Below are positions 9,119-19,344 of a stretch of DNA of 64,000 nt, in pieces. The notes below the pieces were generated by a model. The model searched no databases, was not told the DNA's origin, and worked only from the letters and a program-made list of their open reading frames with translations. Position 1 is the stretch's first letter, and each line of letters starts with the position of its first letter. The translations under genes were made by a program, and so were the position numbers. The stretch is from the NCBI GenBank assembly GCA_964628985.1, contig CAZVNJ010000004.1, forward strand, positions 23,628 through 87,627, in the 5' to 3' direction. The stretch comes from an uncultured Dehalococcoides sp. (lineage in GTDB: Bacteria; Chloroflexota; Dehalococcoidia; UBA2979).

Positions 9119-10245
9119 TGAACAACTCGCTCTTCGGCTTCGAGATCAACGTCTGGTTCGACGCGCTCGCGCGCCTGGGCCTGATCGTCGGCGTGATGAC
9201 CGTGGTGGCGATGGGCCTGATCTACGCCGAGCGCAAGATCCTCGCGCGGTTCCAGCAGCGCATCGGGCCGCAGAAGACCGGCCCGTTCGGCCTCCTGCAG
9301 TCCGTGGCGGACGCGATCAAGCTCGTGGGCAAGGAAGACCTCCGCCCGAACTCCGCTGACCCGTGGACGTTCGAACTGGCGCCGTACTTCGTCTTCATCC
9401 CGATCTTCCTCGGGTTTGTCTCCCTGCCCTTCCTGCTGGATGTGAACATCCGGCTCTTTGAACTCGGCCTGCTGTACTTCATCGCGGTGTCATCCGTGAA
9501 CATCGTCGGCTGGGTGATGGCGGGCTGGGGCTCGGACAACCGCTACGCGATGATCGGCGGCATGCGAGCCGCGGCGCAGGCGATCTCCTACGAGCTGCCG
9601 CTCGTCCTCAGCCTCGTGACGGTCGGCATGCTCGCGGGTTCGCTCAACCTCCGCGACATCGTCGAGGGCCAGGCCACCGTCCCGTACGTCGCCTGGCTGC
9701 CGCTCGCCTTCGTCATCTTCTTCATCTCCACGCTCGCGGAGATGAACCGCCCGCCCTTCGACATCCCGATCGGTGAGTCCGAGGTCGTGGGCGGCCCGTT
9801 CGTCGAGTACTCGGGGATCCGCTGGTCCATGTTCATGCTGGGTGAGTACGCCAGCCTCTGGATCCTCTCGGTCCTGACGGCGGCCGTGTTCCTCGGTGGC
9901 TACTCGTGGCCATTCGGCGATGACCTCGGTCGCGGCTGGCAGCTGGTGCTGATGGGCGCCAAGTCCAGCATCTACATCTTCGTGGTGTTCTGGGTGCGGG
10001 CCTCGATCCCGCGTCTCCGGATCGACCAGTTGATGTCCTACTCGTGGAAGATCCTGCTCCCGCTCGCCCTGCTGCAGGTCCTCGTCGTTGGCTTCGTGCG
10101 CGTGTACGAGCTGCCCGACGTGGTGCTGACGGTGGCGGGCATCCTCGGCCTGGTCGCCCTCGTGTCCATCACCGGCCGAGCGGTGGCGTCCACCCGACGC
10201 CTCCCGGGCGCCGCACGCACCATGCGAAGTGAGGCAGCCTCATGA
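9118..10245 (+). CDS. nuoH: NADH-quinone oxidoreductase subunit H
   Basis: YAERKILARFQQRIGPQKTGPFGLLQ motif and a polytopic membrane protein. It follows nuoD directly, so no nuoE/F/G lie between them. Confidence 0.92.
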   Translation: MNNSLFGFEINVWFDALARLGLIVGVMTVVAMGLIYAERKILARFQQRIGPQKTGPFGLLQSVADAIKLVGKEDLRPNSADPWTFELAPYFVFIPIFLGFVSLPFLLDVNIRLFELGLLYFIAVSSVNIVGWVMAGWGSDNRYAMIGGMRAAAQAISYELPLVLSLVTVGMLAGSLNLRDIVEGQATVPYVAWLPLAFVIFFISTLAEMNRPPFDIPIGESEVVGGPFVEYSGIRWSMFMLGEYASLWILSVLTAAVFLGGYSWPFGDDLGRGWQLVLMGAKSSIYIFVVFWVRASIPRLRIDQLMSYSWKILLPLALLQVLVVGFVRVYELPDVVLTVAGILGLVALVSITGRAVASTRRLPGAARTMRSEAAS

Positions 10246-10730
10246 AGGGCATTGCCAGGTCCCTGATGGTCACGCTCTCCACCTTCACCCGGAAGCCCGT
10301 GACGCGCGACTACCCGAACTACCACCGGCCGCTCCCGGAGCGCGACCGTGCGTTCCCGCTGCTCCTGTGGGACAAGGAAGTGGACGAGCCGTTCTGCACG
10401 GGCTGCCACGCCTGTGAGCGCGCCTGCCCCGTCGAGTGCATGACCGTCCTCATGAAGGACAACCCGAACCACAAGTCGAACGGCGGAGACTCGTCGCGCC
10501 GCAAGATCATCGACAAGTTCTGGATTGATTACGCACGCTGCATGCGCTGCAACATCTGCGTCGAGGTCTGCAACTTCGACGCGATCGCGATGAACAACAC
10601 GTGGCAGGGGCACGAGCTCTCCGTCCATGACCGCAAGGACCTGACGATGGACCTGCAGCAACTGCTGGCCCAGTCTCACGGTGGCGCGATCAAGGAATGG
10701 GTGCCGGTCCTCGGCCAGGCGAACGAGTAG
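10242..10730 (+). CDS. nuoI: NADH-quinone oxidoreductase subunit I
   Basis: Two 4Fe-4S motifs, CTGCHACERACP and CMRCNICVEVCN. Confidence 0.9.
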   Translation: MKGIARSLMVTLSTFTRKPVTRDYPNYHRPLPERDRAFPLLLWDKEVDEPFCTGCHACERACPVECMTVLMKDNPNHKSNGGDSSRRKIIDKFWIDYARCMRCNICVEVCNFDAIAMNNTWQGHELSVHDRKDLTMDLQQLLAQSHGGAIKEWVPVLGQANE

Positions 10731-10751
10731 AGAAGAAGTAGGGCGAAGCGC

Positions 10752-11393
10752 GTGTTCCAACGACTCCCGCTGCCGTCTCAGTTCGACCGCACCATCATGG
10801 CGGGCGGCACCGTGCTCGCGCTCGGCGCTGCGCCGGTGGTCGTCGTGCTCGCCGCGCTGCTGGTCGTCGACCAGATCAGCGCACCCGAGTTTGTGTTCTT
10901 CCTCGCTTCCGCCGTCCTCATCGCGGGCGCCCTCGGGGTCGTACTCATGAGGAACATCGTGCACGCGGCGCTCTGCCTCGTAGTCACGCTGCTCGGCGTT
11001 GCGGCGATCTACCTCCTGCTGCTCACCGAATTCCTCGCGCTGGTCCAGGTACTCGTCTACGGCGGCGGCGTGGTCATCCTTCTCCTCTTCGGTCTCATGA
11101 TGACCAATGCCCAGGACGACCCCGTCGTCACCGACGGCTCCCAGAAGCCCTTCGCCTTCGGCGTCGCCGCCCTGATCGCTGGCGTGTTCATAGCGATGGC
11201 GCTGGACGCTCAGTGGGGCAACCCGGAAGCCTCGATCGTCCCGTTCCGGGACTTCGGCGCACGCCTGTTCCGTGACTTCAGCGTCCCGGTCATCGTCGTG
11301 GCCGTCCTCTTGGACATCGCCTTCACTGGTGCCTTCATTAACGCGCGTCGCGGCGACGACGCCAGCGCTGCGCGCGGGGAGGCCCGCTCATGA
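10752..11393 (+). CDS. nuoJ: NADH-quinone oxidoreductase subunit J
   Basis: Hydrophobic ND6-like protein in the conserved position. The start is uncertain (GTG 10752 or ATG 10797). Confidence 0.8.
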   Translation: MFQRLPLPSQFDRTIMAGGTVLALGAAPVVVVLAALLVVDQISAPEFVFFLASAVLIAGALGVVLMRNIVHAALCLVVTLLGVAAIYLLLLTEFLALVQVLVYGGGVVILLLFGLMMTNAQDDPVVTDGSQKPFAFGVAALIAGVFIAMALDAQWGNPEASIVPFRDFGARLFRDFSVPVIVVAVLLDIAFTGAFINARRGDDASAARGEARS

Positions 11394-11698
11394 TCCCGAT
11401 CGAGAACTTCCTGGTCCTGTCGGCGTTGCTCTTCGCGATCGGCCTCTTCGGAGTGCTCGCTCGCCGCAGCGCGATCCTCATCCTGATGTCGGTCGAACTG
11501 ATGCTGGCGGCCGTGGCGATCAACTTCATCGCCTTCGCCTCCTACCGCGACACGGAGGCCTTCTCCGGCCTCGTGTTCGCGCTCTTCGTCATCACCGTCG
11601 CCGCGGCCGAGGTCGGCCTCGCGCTCGGCATCGTGCTCCGGCTGTTCCGGGAGCGCCGTACGGCCAACGTGGACGAGGCGAGCAGCCTGAAGTGGTAG
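11390..11698 (+). CDS. nuoK: NADH-quinone oxidoreductase subunit K
   Basis: 102-aa 3-TM ND4L-like protein (LMSVELMLAAVAINF) with ATGA overlap with nuoJ. Confidence 0.9.
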   Translation: MIPIENFLVLSALLFAIGLFGVLARRSAILILMSVELMLAAVAINFIAFASYRDTEAFSGLVFALFVITVAAAEVGLALGIVLRLFRERRTANVDEASSLKW

Positions 11699-11763
11699 GA
11701 CGCCGGTCGCGAAGCCTCGCCTAGCAGCGAGGCGCAGCGCACCGGGCGGGAAGGACGCCCATC

Positions 11764-13683
11764 GTGGGCATCGAGTTCGGCATGGAGCAGGTGTGGGTGC
11801 TGCCGGCGATCCCGGCGGCGCTCTTCGTCGTCCTCGCGCTGCTGAACCCGCTGCTTCCACGCCGCGGTGACTTCATCGCCGCCCTCGGCATGGCCGCTGT
11901 CTTGGGCCTCGTCTTCCTCGTGCTCGTCGACTACACCTCCGTCTTCCGCGACGGGCACTTCGAGCCCGCCGGGTCGAACGTGATGTCGTTCGACTGGGTC
12001 AACATCGGCCAGGGCTTCTTCGTGATGGAGTTCTCGACCTTCGTGGACGGGATCACGGTAGTGATGCTCCCCGTCGTCACGATCGTCGCGACGATGGTCA
12101 TCGTGTACTCGATGGGGTACATGCACGGCGAGCAGCGTTACGGCTGGTACTTCGCGGTGCTATCCCTCTTCGTCGCCGCGATGCTCACCCTGGTCATCTC
12201 CGGCAACCTGATCCAGCTCTACCTTGCCTGGGAGGGTGTGGGCCTCGCCTCCTACCTCCTGATCGGCTTCTACTGGGAGCGCCAGTCCGCGGCAGAGGCC
12301 GCGAAGAAGGCGTTCATCACGACGCGCATCGGTGACGTCGGCCTGCTCATCGGCATCATCCTGCTGTGGCGGGCTACCGGGACCTTCGACATCCAGCAGA
12401 TCATCGCGGCCGCAAAGGGCGGACAGATCGACCAGACCTACCTCACGGTCTCGATGATCTTCCTGTTCCTCGGCGCCGCCGGTAAGTCCGCGCAGTTCCC
12501 GCTGCACGTCTGGCTGCCGGACGCGATGGAGGGCCCCACGCCGGTCTCCGCCCTCATCCACGCTGCCACGATGGTCGTCGCCGGCGTCTACCTCGTCGCC
12601 CGCTTCTCCCCGGTCTATGCCGAGGTGCTCATCGCGCGCGACGTCGTGCTCTACACGGGCCTGATCACTGCTGTGATGGCGGCCTCGATGGGCCTCGTGA
12701 CGAGCGACATCAAGCGAGTGCTTGCGTACTCCACGGTGTCGCAGTTGGGCTTCATGTTCGTCGCACTTGGCGTCGGGGCCGTGGGTGCCGCGATGTTCCA
12801 CCTGCTGACGCACGCCTTCTTCAAGGCCCTGCTCTTCCTCGGCTCCGGCTCGGTGATCCACGCGACGCACCAGCAGGAGGTCGAGAACCTCGGTGGTCTG
12901 CGACGGAAGATGCCGTTCACGGCGACGGTCTTCATCATCGGCTCGCTCGCGCTCGCGGGCATCCCGATCTTCGCGGGCTTCTGGTCGAAGGACGAGATCC
13001 TCCACGCGACCATGAGCAACGCGCCGGCGGTGTACGTCATCCTCGCCGCTACAGCGATGCTCACGGCGATCTACACGACGCGGCTCGTGCTGCTGACCTT
13101 CTTCGGCCCCCCGCGTGACCACCACGCCTTCGACCACGCGCACGAGTCGCCCCCGATCATGAACGGCCCCCTCGCGATCCTCGCGCTGTTGGCGACGGTC
13201 TCGGGCTTCCTCGTCTTCGACCAGGTGGGCGAGGCCCTCGGTCTGCCGGGCGGCATCGGCGCCAACGTCTTCCTGGAGCACGCACACCACTTCACCGAGC
13301 CGGACTACGCCTTCGCCGGGATCGCGACGCTGACGTCGCTCCTGGGCATCGGCATCGGCTGGGCCTACTGGCACGGGGACGCGAGGCGTGCCGTCGCGGC
13401 GAGGGCATGGGCGCCGGACCTGCACGCGCTGCTGGTCAACCGCTACTACATGGACAACCTCTACCAGGGGATCATCAACCGGGTGATCCTCGGTGCAGGC
13501 TCGGTCATCGCCTGGTTCGACAAGCGGGTCGTGAACGAGACGGGCGTGGACGGCGGCGCGCAGACCGTGTCGTACCTCGGCTACCGTCTGAAGTTCCTCC
13601 AGACGGGCCGCATCCCCAACTACGCCTTCGGCATGGCGCTCGGCGTGCTCGTGCTCGCCGTCGTCGCCATCGGAAACGCATAG
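11764..13683 (+). CDS. nuoL: NADH-quinone oxidoreductase subunit L
   Basis: 639 aa with WEGVGLASYLLIGFYW and KSAQFPLHVWLPDAMEGPTPVSALIHAATMV antiporter-like motifs. Confidence 0.92.
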   Translation: MGIEFGMEQVWVLPAIPAALFVVLALLNPLLPRRGDFIAALGMAAVLGLVFLVLVDYTSVFRDGHFEPAGSNVMSFDWVNIGQGFFVMEFSTFVDGITVVMLPVVTIVATMVIVYSMGYMHGEQRYGWYFAVLSLFVAAMLTLVISGNLIQLYLAWEGVGLASYLLIGFYWERQSAAEAAKKAFITTRIGDVGLLIGIILLWRATGTFDIQQIIAAAKGGQIDQTYLTVSMIFLFLGAAGKSAQFPLHVWLPDAMEGPTPVSALIHAATMVVAGVYLVARFSPVYAEVLIARDVVLYTGLITAVMAASMGLVTSDIKRVLAYSTVSQLGFMFVALGVGAVGAAMFHLLTHAFFKALLFLGSGSVIHATHQQEVENLGGLRRKMPFTATVFIIGSLALAGIPIFAGFWSKDEILHATMSNAPAVYVILAATAMLTAIYTTRLVLLTFFGPPRDHHAFDHAHESPPIMNGPLAILALLATVSGFLVFDQVGEALGLPGGIGANVFLEHAHHFTEPDYAFAGIATLTSLLGIGIGWAYWHGDARRAVAARAWAPDLHALLVNRYYMDNLYQGIINRVILGAGSVIAWFDKRVVNETGVDGGAQTVSYLGYRLKFLQTGRIPNYAFGMALGVLVLAVVAIGNA

Positions 13684-13696
13684 CAGGAGTCGAGCC

Positions 13697-15193
13697 ATGA
13701 CAGCGAACGACGGCTACATCCTGCTGGCGCTCATGGGCGTGCCGCTGGGCACCGCACTGCTGCTGATGGTCGTCCCGAGCAAGGAGCGCACGGCCATCGT
13801 CGGCCTCACGGCGCTCTCCAGCCTCGCCATGTTCGTGATGTCGCTCTATGTCTTCCTGCGCTACCAGTTCAGCGCGGACAGCGGAAGCATCTTCCAGGGC
13901 ACGCTCGCGTGGACCTGGATGGAGAACGTGGGCGTCCTCGGCGAGAAGGGCATCCAGCTAAAAGTCGGCGTCGATGGCATCGGCGCGTCCCTCGCGCTGC
14001 TGACCGGTATCGTCACTGTCCCGGCGACCTGGGTCTCGTGGAAGATCCAGGACCGCCTGAAGGACTTCTTCATCCTCCTCTACATCCTGGTCGCCGGCGT
14101 CTTCGGCGTGTTCGTGCTGACGGACCTCTTCTTCTGGTTCCTCTTCTACGAGGTCGCCCTGCTGCCGATGTACCTGCTGATTGCCGTCTGGGGATCGACG
14201 CGCAAGGAATACGGCGCGATGAAGCTGATGATGATGCTGATGGCCGGGTCCATCTTCATCTTCACCGCCATCTTCGCCCTCTTCACGCACGTCGGGGCCG
14301 GCACGTTCGACATGGAGACGCTGATCACGGCGCAGAAGTCCGAGGGCTTCCAGAAGACCTTCTTCCCCCTCGTCGCCATCGGCTGTGGCGTGCTTGGTGC
14401 GATGTTCCCGCTCCACTCTTGGTCGCCGGATGGCCACGCCTCTGCCCCCACCGCGGTCTCGATGCTGCACGCGGGCGTCCTGATGAAGGTCGGTGCCTTC
14501 GGTGTCCTCCGCCTCGGCTTCCAGATGATGCCGCAGGGTGGCGAATTCTGGGCGCCCGCACTCATCGTCGTCGGCATCGTGGCGGCGATGTACGGTGCGA
14601 TCAGCGCGCTGAAGCAGACGGACATGAAGCTGATGATGGGCTTCTCCTCCGTCTCGCACATGGGCTATGTGTTCATCGGCCTCGGCACCTTCAACTCGAT
14701 CGGCTGGACGGGCGCCGTGCTGCAGATGACCGCACACGGATTGATGACGGCCCTCTTCTTCCTCCTGATCGGCGGCATGTACGACCAGTCCCACAACCGC
14801 GAGATCCCGAACTTCTCCGGCATGGCGAAGCAGATGCCGATCTGGTCGATCTTCTTCGTCCTGGCCTCTCTCGCTTCGCTCGGCCTGCCCGGCCTTTCGG
14901 GCTTCATCGCAGAGGTGCACATCTTCATCGGCGCCTTCCGCGCCTACCCGATCGTCGGCGGGCTGGCGGTCCTGACCGCGGCGATCACCGCTACCTACCT
15001 GTTGCGCATGCTGGCCCAGTCCTTCTTCGGCGAGATGAACCCTCGATGGAGTGGGCTGCGCGAGATCACCGTGATGGAGCGTGCCGGCGCGACCGTGCTG
15101 GCCGCCGCCATCATCACCCTGGGCCTCTGGCCCGCACCGTGGATCGACCGCATCACGCCGTCGATCATCCACATCCCGGGGGTCACCCTCTAA
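13697..15193 (+). CDS. nuoM: NADH-quinone oxidoreductase subunit M
   Basis: 498-aa antiporter-like subunit with FPLHSWSPDGHASAPTAVSMLHAGVLMK. Confidence 0.9.
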   Translation: MTANDGYILLALMGVPLGTALLLMVVPSKERTAIVGLTALSSLAMFVMSLYVFLRYQFSADSGSIFQGTLAWTWMENVGVLGEKGIQLKVGVDGIGASLALLTGIVTVPATWVSWKIQDRLKDFFILLYILVAGVFGVFVLTDLFFWFLFYEVALLPMYLLIAVWGSTRKEYGAMKLMMMLMAGSIFIFTAIFALFTHVGAGTFDMETLITAQKSEGFQKTFFPLVAIGCGVLGAMFPLHSWSPDGHASAPTAVSMLHAGVLMKVGAFGVLRLGFQMMPQGGEFWAPALIVVGIVAAMYGAISALKQTDMKLMMGFSSVSHMGYVFIGLGTFNSIGWTGAVLQMTAHGLMTALFFLLIGGMYDQSHNREIPNFSGMAKQMPIWSIFFVLASLASLGLPGLSGFIAEVHIFIGAFRAYPIVGGLAVLTAAITATYLLRMLAQSFFGEMNPRWSGLREITVMERAGATVLAAAIITLGLWPAPWIDRITPSIIHIPGVTL

Positions 15194-15239
15194 CGAGGGC
15201 GGCCGGGCGCGGGGCTGACGGGGACGTGGGAGGACGACT

Positions 15240-16712
15240 GTGACGGACATCATGGGCAACGCCCTGAACATGCAGTACTCGCTCCTGCTACCTGAGATCC
15301 TGCTCGGTGTCACCGCCCTCCTCGTCGTCTTCGCAGACCTCTTCAGCGCCGAACTCAAAATCGGCTACCGCCTCCTCCCGCTGATCACCGTCACCGGCCT
15401 CGTCGCGGCGCTCGGCAGCAGCCTGGTCTGGGTCGGCACCACCGACGACTTCTCGATGCTCGTCACGGTCGACGCCTTTACGACGTTCTTCCGTGTGCTG
15501 TTCTGCGCCGTCGCGATCGCCCTCGTGATCGGCGCGCACGAGTACATCGAGGCGCACGTCAACCACCCCGGCGAGTTCTTCGCCCTGCTGCTCCTCTCGA
15601 CGGCTGGCGCGTCGTTCATGGCGAGCGCGCAGGACCTGCTGACCGCCTACCTCGCGGTCGAGGTGCTCTCGTTCTCGCTCTACATCGCTGTCTCGCTCGG
15701 CCGGAACGACCCGCGCTCGGGCGAGGCCGCACTGAAGTACGTCCTCCTCGGCGGTGTCGCCTCCGCCTTCCTGCTCTACGGCCTCTCGTTCATCTATGGG
15801 GTCGCCGGCTCGACGCACTACACCCTCATCGCCGAGGGCCTGGGGGGCGACGTCTCGGGCGTGCGCGGTGAACTCGTGCTCGGCCTCGTCCTCATCGTCG
15901 CCGGCCTCGGCTTCAAAGCCTCGGCGGTCCCGTTCCACATGTGGACGCCGGACGCCTACGAGGGCGCCCCGATCCCGGTGACTGCGTACCTCTCCGCCAC
16001 GTCGAAGGCGGCCACGTTCGCCCTCCTGCTCCGCTGGTTCGCCGGCCCGCTGCTCCCCGCCATCAACGAGTGGCAGTGGATGGTCGCGGCCGTTGCCACC
16101 GCGACGATGGTGCTCGGAAACCTCGTGGCGCTGCAGCAGCGCAACATCAAGCGACTGCTCGCCTACTCATCGATCGCTCAGGTCGGCTTCATGTTCATGG
16201 CGCTCGTGGGCATCTCGCAGGTGACGGCGGGTGGCCTGCTGGTCCACCTCGGCGGCTACCTGATTACCAACCTCGCCGTCTTTGTCGCCGTGATCCACTT
16301 CTACAACCGCACCGGCAAGGAAGAGATCGCGGACTTCAAGGGCCTGGGGCAGACGAACCCCTACCTGGCGCTCGTCATGACTGCCGGGCTCTTCTCGCTC
16401 GCCGGCATGCCGCTGCTCGTCGGCTTCTTCACGAAGTTCATCCTCTTCCAGACCGTGGTGGAGGCCGACTTCCTCTGGCTCGTCGTCGTGGCTGTCGTCG
16501 CCTCGACCGTCTCGCTCTACTACTACCTGCAGGTCATCAAGCAGATGTACCTCTACCAGCCTGACGGCGACGCGACCCGTTGGCGGCTCACCCCCACTGG
16601 CTACCTCGCCACCGGCGCGCTGCTCGCGGCTGTCGTGGTCCTCGGCCTCTGGGGCACACCGCTCTACGAGGTCGCGGACAACGCCGCGGCCGCCCTCTTC
16701 CCCGTCGCCTAG
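15240..16712 (+). CDS. nuoN: NADH-quinone oxidoreductase subunit N
   Basis: 490-aa antiporter-like subunit (FKASAVPFHMWTPDAYEGAPIPVTAYL); last gene of the operon. Confidence 0.9.
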   Translation: MTDIMGNALNMQYSLLLPEILLGVTALLVVFADLFSAELKIGYRLLPLITVTGLVAALGSSLVWVGTTDDFSMLVTVDAFTTFFRVLFCAVAIALVIGAHEYIEAHVNHPGEFFALLLLSTAGASFMASAQDLLTAYLAVEVLSFSLYIAVSLGRNDPRSGEAALKYVLLGGVASAFLLYGLSFIYGVAGSTHYTLIAEGLGGDVSGVRGELVLGLVLIVAGLGFKASAVPFHMWTPDAYEGAPIPVTAYLSATSKAATFALLLRWFAGPLLPAINEWQWMVAAVATATMVLGNLVALQQRNIKRLLAYSSIAQVGFMFMALVGISQVTAGGLLVHLGGYLITNLAVFVAVIHFYNRTGKEEIADFKGLGQTNPYLALVMTAGLFSLAGMPLLVGFFTKFILFQTVVEADFLWLVVVAVVASTVSLYYYLQVIKQMYLYQPDGDATRWRLTPTGYLATGALLAAVVVLGLWGTPLYEVADNAAAALFPVA

Positions 16713-16719
16713 CCCTCGA

Positions 16720-16756
16720 CGGCATCTGCTCAAGGCGAAGCCCGGCAGATGCCGGG
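16720..16756 (+). terminator. Hairpin downstream of nuoN
   Basis: CGGCATCTGC..GCAGATGCCG, or the inner CCCGGCagatGCCGGG, followed by cctcattgtt. Confidence 0.4.
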
Positions 16757-16790
16757 CCTCATTGTTGGCGTCAGGGATCGGGCGCGCCGC

Positions 16791-17150
16791 CTATCCCGTC
16801 TGATGCCTCTCACCAGGCTCGTCCGCCTTCAGGCCGAGCGCTTGCTTGATCGCCACGAGGTCGCGCTGGACGACTTCCATGTCCTCGGCATCGGCCGCGA
16901 AGATCATGTGCTTCATGCCCAGCAGGACGACCGCCTGCACGAGCAACTGGAGCCACTCGCTCTGCCAGTTCTCGAACGTCGTCGTGAGGAAGTACGGAAG
17001 AAACGCACCCCACTCGAAGGCCTCGCCGTGCGTCTCTGCCTCGGAGGTGAAGTGCTGGACGCCCATCACCAACTGCCCGAGCCAACTCGCGAGGAAGAGC
17101 CCAAGCAGCAGATACGCCGCTCCCCACCGCTGAAGATGACTGTGCTGCAT
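16791..17150 (-). CDS. DUF6766-like small membrane protein
   Basis: 119 aa with FENWQSEWLQLLVQAVVLLGMKH, resembling the ENW(E/Q)SEFLQ signature as I recall it for that family. Confidence 0.55.
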   Translation of the reverse strand: MQHSHLQRWGAAYLLLGLFLASWLGQLVMGVQHFTSEAETHGEAFEWGAFLPYFLTTTFENWQSEWLQLLVQAVVLLGMKHMIFAADAEDMEVVQRDLVAIKQALGLKADEPGERHQTG

Positions 17151-17569
17151 CGTGATCCCTTCTTGTCCACTGGGACCCCTCAGTCCAACCTACCGAGGGG
17201 TCTGAGGATCGGCATCACGCGCGCAGGACGGGAGTTACAAAGCGCTCAAAGATGCTCGGTGCGGTTCGCGGACCGCGAGTGGCTCAGTTCTCGATCACCC
17301 GGGAGTTCCTCTCCCTGATGCTCGCCGTCCACCGCCCTAGCGTGAGCACGGGCCCTCGCGATGCCTGAGCAGGCACGCCTCATCCACGGGGCGCGCGGGC
17401 GCATCGTGATGGTCGATCGGGCAGGGCTACAGGGCGTCGAGCGAGTGCTCCCGGCGCGTGCGTAACCATCTGATTCGTGGCCCGGACGACCACGCGATCG
17501 AGTGGACCGTGCTGTGACTGGATACCCCACCTGCCGCAATGCATCTGCCGCGACTGGCGGCGTCGCGCG

Positions 17570-18172
17570 TTACGCGAGCCGCCTCAGCAGGTGATTGCGT
17601 GCCAGCGTCGCCATCGGGTGCACCTGCAGACCTTCACGCACAGCCTCTTCATGGCGTAGGTCCAGGTAGCGGAGCGCCGCCCGCTCAAGGGATGCGTCCC
17701 CGCCGTCGTCACCTGTGGCCGCGTCGAAGACGGACCGCAGCGCCGGCCAGCGCTCCACCTTGTGGGGCTCCACCTTGTCGGCGACGAACATCGCCCACGC
17801 CTCTGCCGGGTACTCGGGATGGCCAGTCGTGTGCCACCAGATCGCGTCCAGCACACGATCGTCCGTGACCTCGAACCGTTCGCGCAGTTCCAGGGCACCG
17901 AGTGGGCCGTGCAGCAGCACTGGCTCAGCGCGCTCGACGGGGTCGATCTCGATCCCTCGTGCGACCGCCTGCTCAAGCAGGTCCGCCGGTGGCACCGCAC
18001 GCAGGAGGTCGTGTCCCTGTGCCATCAGCCGGGCGAGGCCCGTGTCCAGGCCGTGAAGCGTTGCGAGCCGGTCCGTCAGGGCGACCACGCGGTCAATGTG
18101 AGCGACGAGGCCGTCCGGCAATGCGGCCGCCATGCGCTCGCGAATCCACACCTCGCCACCCGGCTCGTCCAT
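17570..18172 (-). CDS. yqeK: HD-domain phosphohydrolase, YqeK-like bis(5'-nucleosyl)-tetraphosphatase
   Basis: AQGHDLLR HD motif, plus AIWWHTTGHPEY and FVADKVEPHK, matching the YqeK signature blocks. Confidence 0.7.
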   Translation of the reverse strand: MDEPGGEVWIRERMAAALPDGLVAHIDRVVALTDRLATLHGLDTGLARLMAQGHDLLRAVPPADLLEQAVARGIEIDPVERAEPVLLHGPLGALELRERFEVTDDRVLDAIWWHTTGHPEYPAEAWAMFVADKVEPHKVERWPALRSVFDAATGDDGGDASLERAALRYLDLRHEEAVREGLQVHPMATLARNHLLRRLA

Positions 18173-18292
18173 CGTGTCCGTCCCCTACGAGTTCCGGAAG
18201 GCCCACGGATTGCTCACAGAGATCGGGGATCCACCGATGCGTGGCGTCCACAGGGCATTCCTATCGTATGCGGGCAAGGTCAGGGGTGAGAC

Positions 18293-19225
18293 ATGCTGCA
18301 AGTGCAGCGGCCGGCTCGACGCGGCCCGACGTGGCGTGTTCCAGGCGGCCCGTCCTGGCTGCTCGCTTCGGCTGGCCGGCTCGCCTTCCTTCCTGATCGA
18401 GCCTCCATCGCTGCGCTCGCCGTCACTGGCATCGCGTGGGTCACCGTCGCGCAGACTGTCGAGTCGCACTACCTCCGCTTCGGTCTCCTGCTCCCCCTCG
18501 CCACGCTCATGGCTGTGGCTGGCGGTCTCGCCGTTGCGAACCGTCTGCGGCGCAACCGGGCGCGGGAGGCTGCGAGCGTGGCCCACGACCTCCGAGGGCC
18601 GTTAGTCACCTTGCAGGCCACGCTCGAACTGCTCGCCGGCGACGCCTTCGGGGCGTTGCCGGAGACCGCCCGGGCGGCGGTTCTGCGTGCCGCGACCACC
18701 TCGGCACGGGCCGCACTTGTCGTGGACGAAGCCATGCACCGAGCCGCGGCGCCGCCATCCGCGGCGCCCCTGCGTGGCCATGCAGACCTGGACCTGGTCG
18801 TCCGAGAGGCGTTGGACGCCCTCGAGGTGCAGGTCCGCTCGGCAGGCGCCGTCGTCATGCTCACCTCGCTGCCCCGCGTCGCCGCGGATTCGTCGGCGCT
18901 CTTCCGTGTCTTCGTGAACCTCTTCCAGAACGCCATCAAATACCACCGCCCGGACGCCACTCCGTTGCTGAAGGTCTCAGCCGAGGTCGAGGGTGAATCC
19001 GCAATCCTTGCCGTGGCCGACGACGGCATCGGGATCGCTCCGGGTGACCGGGAGCGCGTCTTCGAGCCCCGCTATCGCACGATGGCGGGCTCGGCCCGTT
19101 CGAGCGGCGAGGGTCTTGGCCTCGCGAACGTCCAGCGGCTAGTGACTGCCATGGGCGGCGCCATCTGGGTGGATGGGACGGCCGAACGGGGCACCACGAT
19201 CCGGCTCCGTCTCCCGCTGGCGTGA
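18293..19225 (+). CDS. Sensor histidine kinase (no adjacent response regulator)
   Basis: Two N-terminal TM segments, H-box SVAHDLRGPL, N-box FQNAIKYH, and G-boxes DDGIGI and GEGLGLANV. Confidence 0.85.
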   Translation: MLQVQRPARRGPTWRVPGGPSWLLASAGRLAFLPDRASIAALAVTGIAWVTVAQTVESHYLRFGLLLPLATLMAVAGGLAVANRLRRNRAREAASVAHDLRGPLVTLQATLELLAGDAFGALPETARAAVLRAATTSARAALVVDEAMHRAAAPPSAAPLRGHADLDLVVREALDALEVQVRSAGAVVMLTSLPRVAADSSALFRVFVNLFQNAIKYHRPDATPLLKVSAEVEGESAILAVADDGIGIAPGDRERVFEPRYRTMAGSARSSGEGLGLANVQRLVTAMGGAIWVDGTAERGTTIRLRLPLA

Positions 19226-19344
19226 GCCCAGGGCCAGCAGCCGGAACGTCAGGAAATCAGGAGAGAAGGCCCTCACAGTAAATTCAAACCCGTCCTAAAC
19301 TCGCGCGCGTAGGGGTGGGCGCACGGAGCAAAGGGTGGTGGTCC

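Noticed and set aside
12160-13698. A 512-aa minus-strand ORF antisense to nuoL.
   Set aside because: It has Asp/Arg/Glu-rich artefactual composition, and nuoL on the plus strand is unambiguous.
17151-17569. A 420-nt gap without a gene call between the DUF6766-like and YqeK-like genes.
   Set aside because: I could not find a convincing ORF, RNA fold, SOS box or repeat. It is left unannotated rather than guessed.
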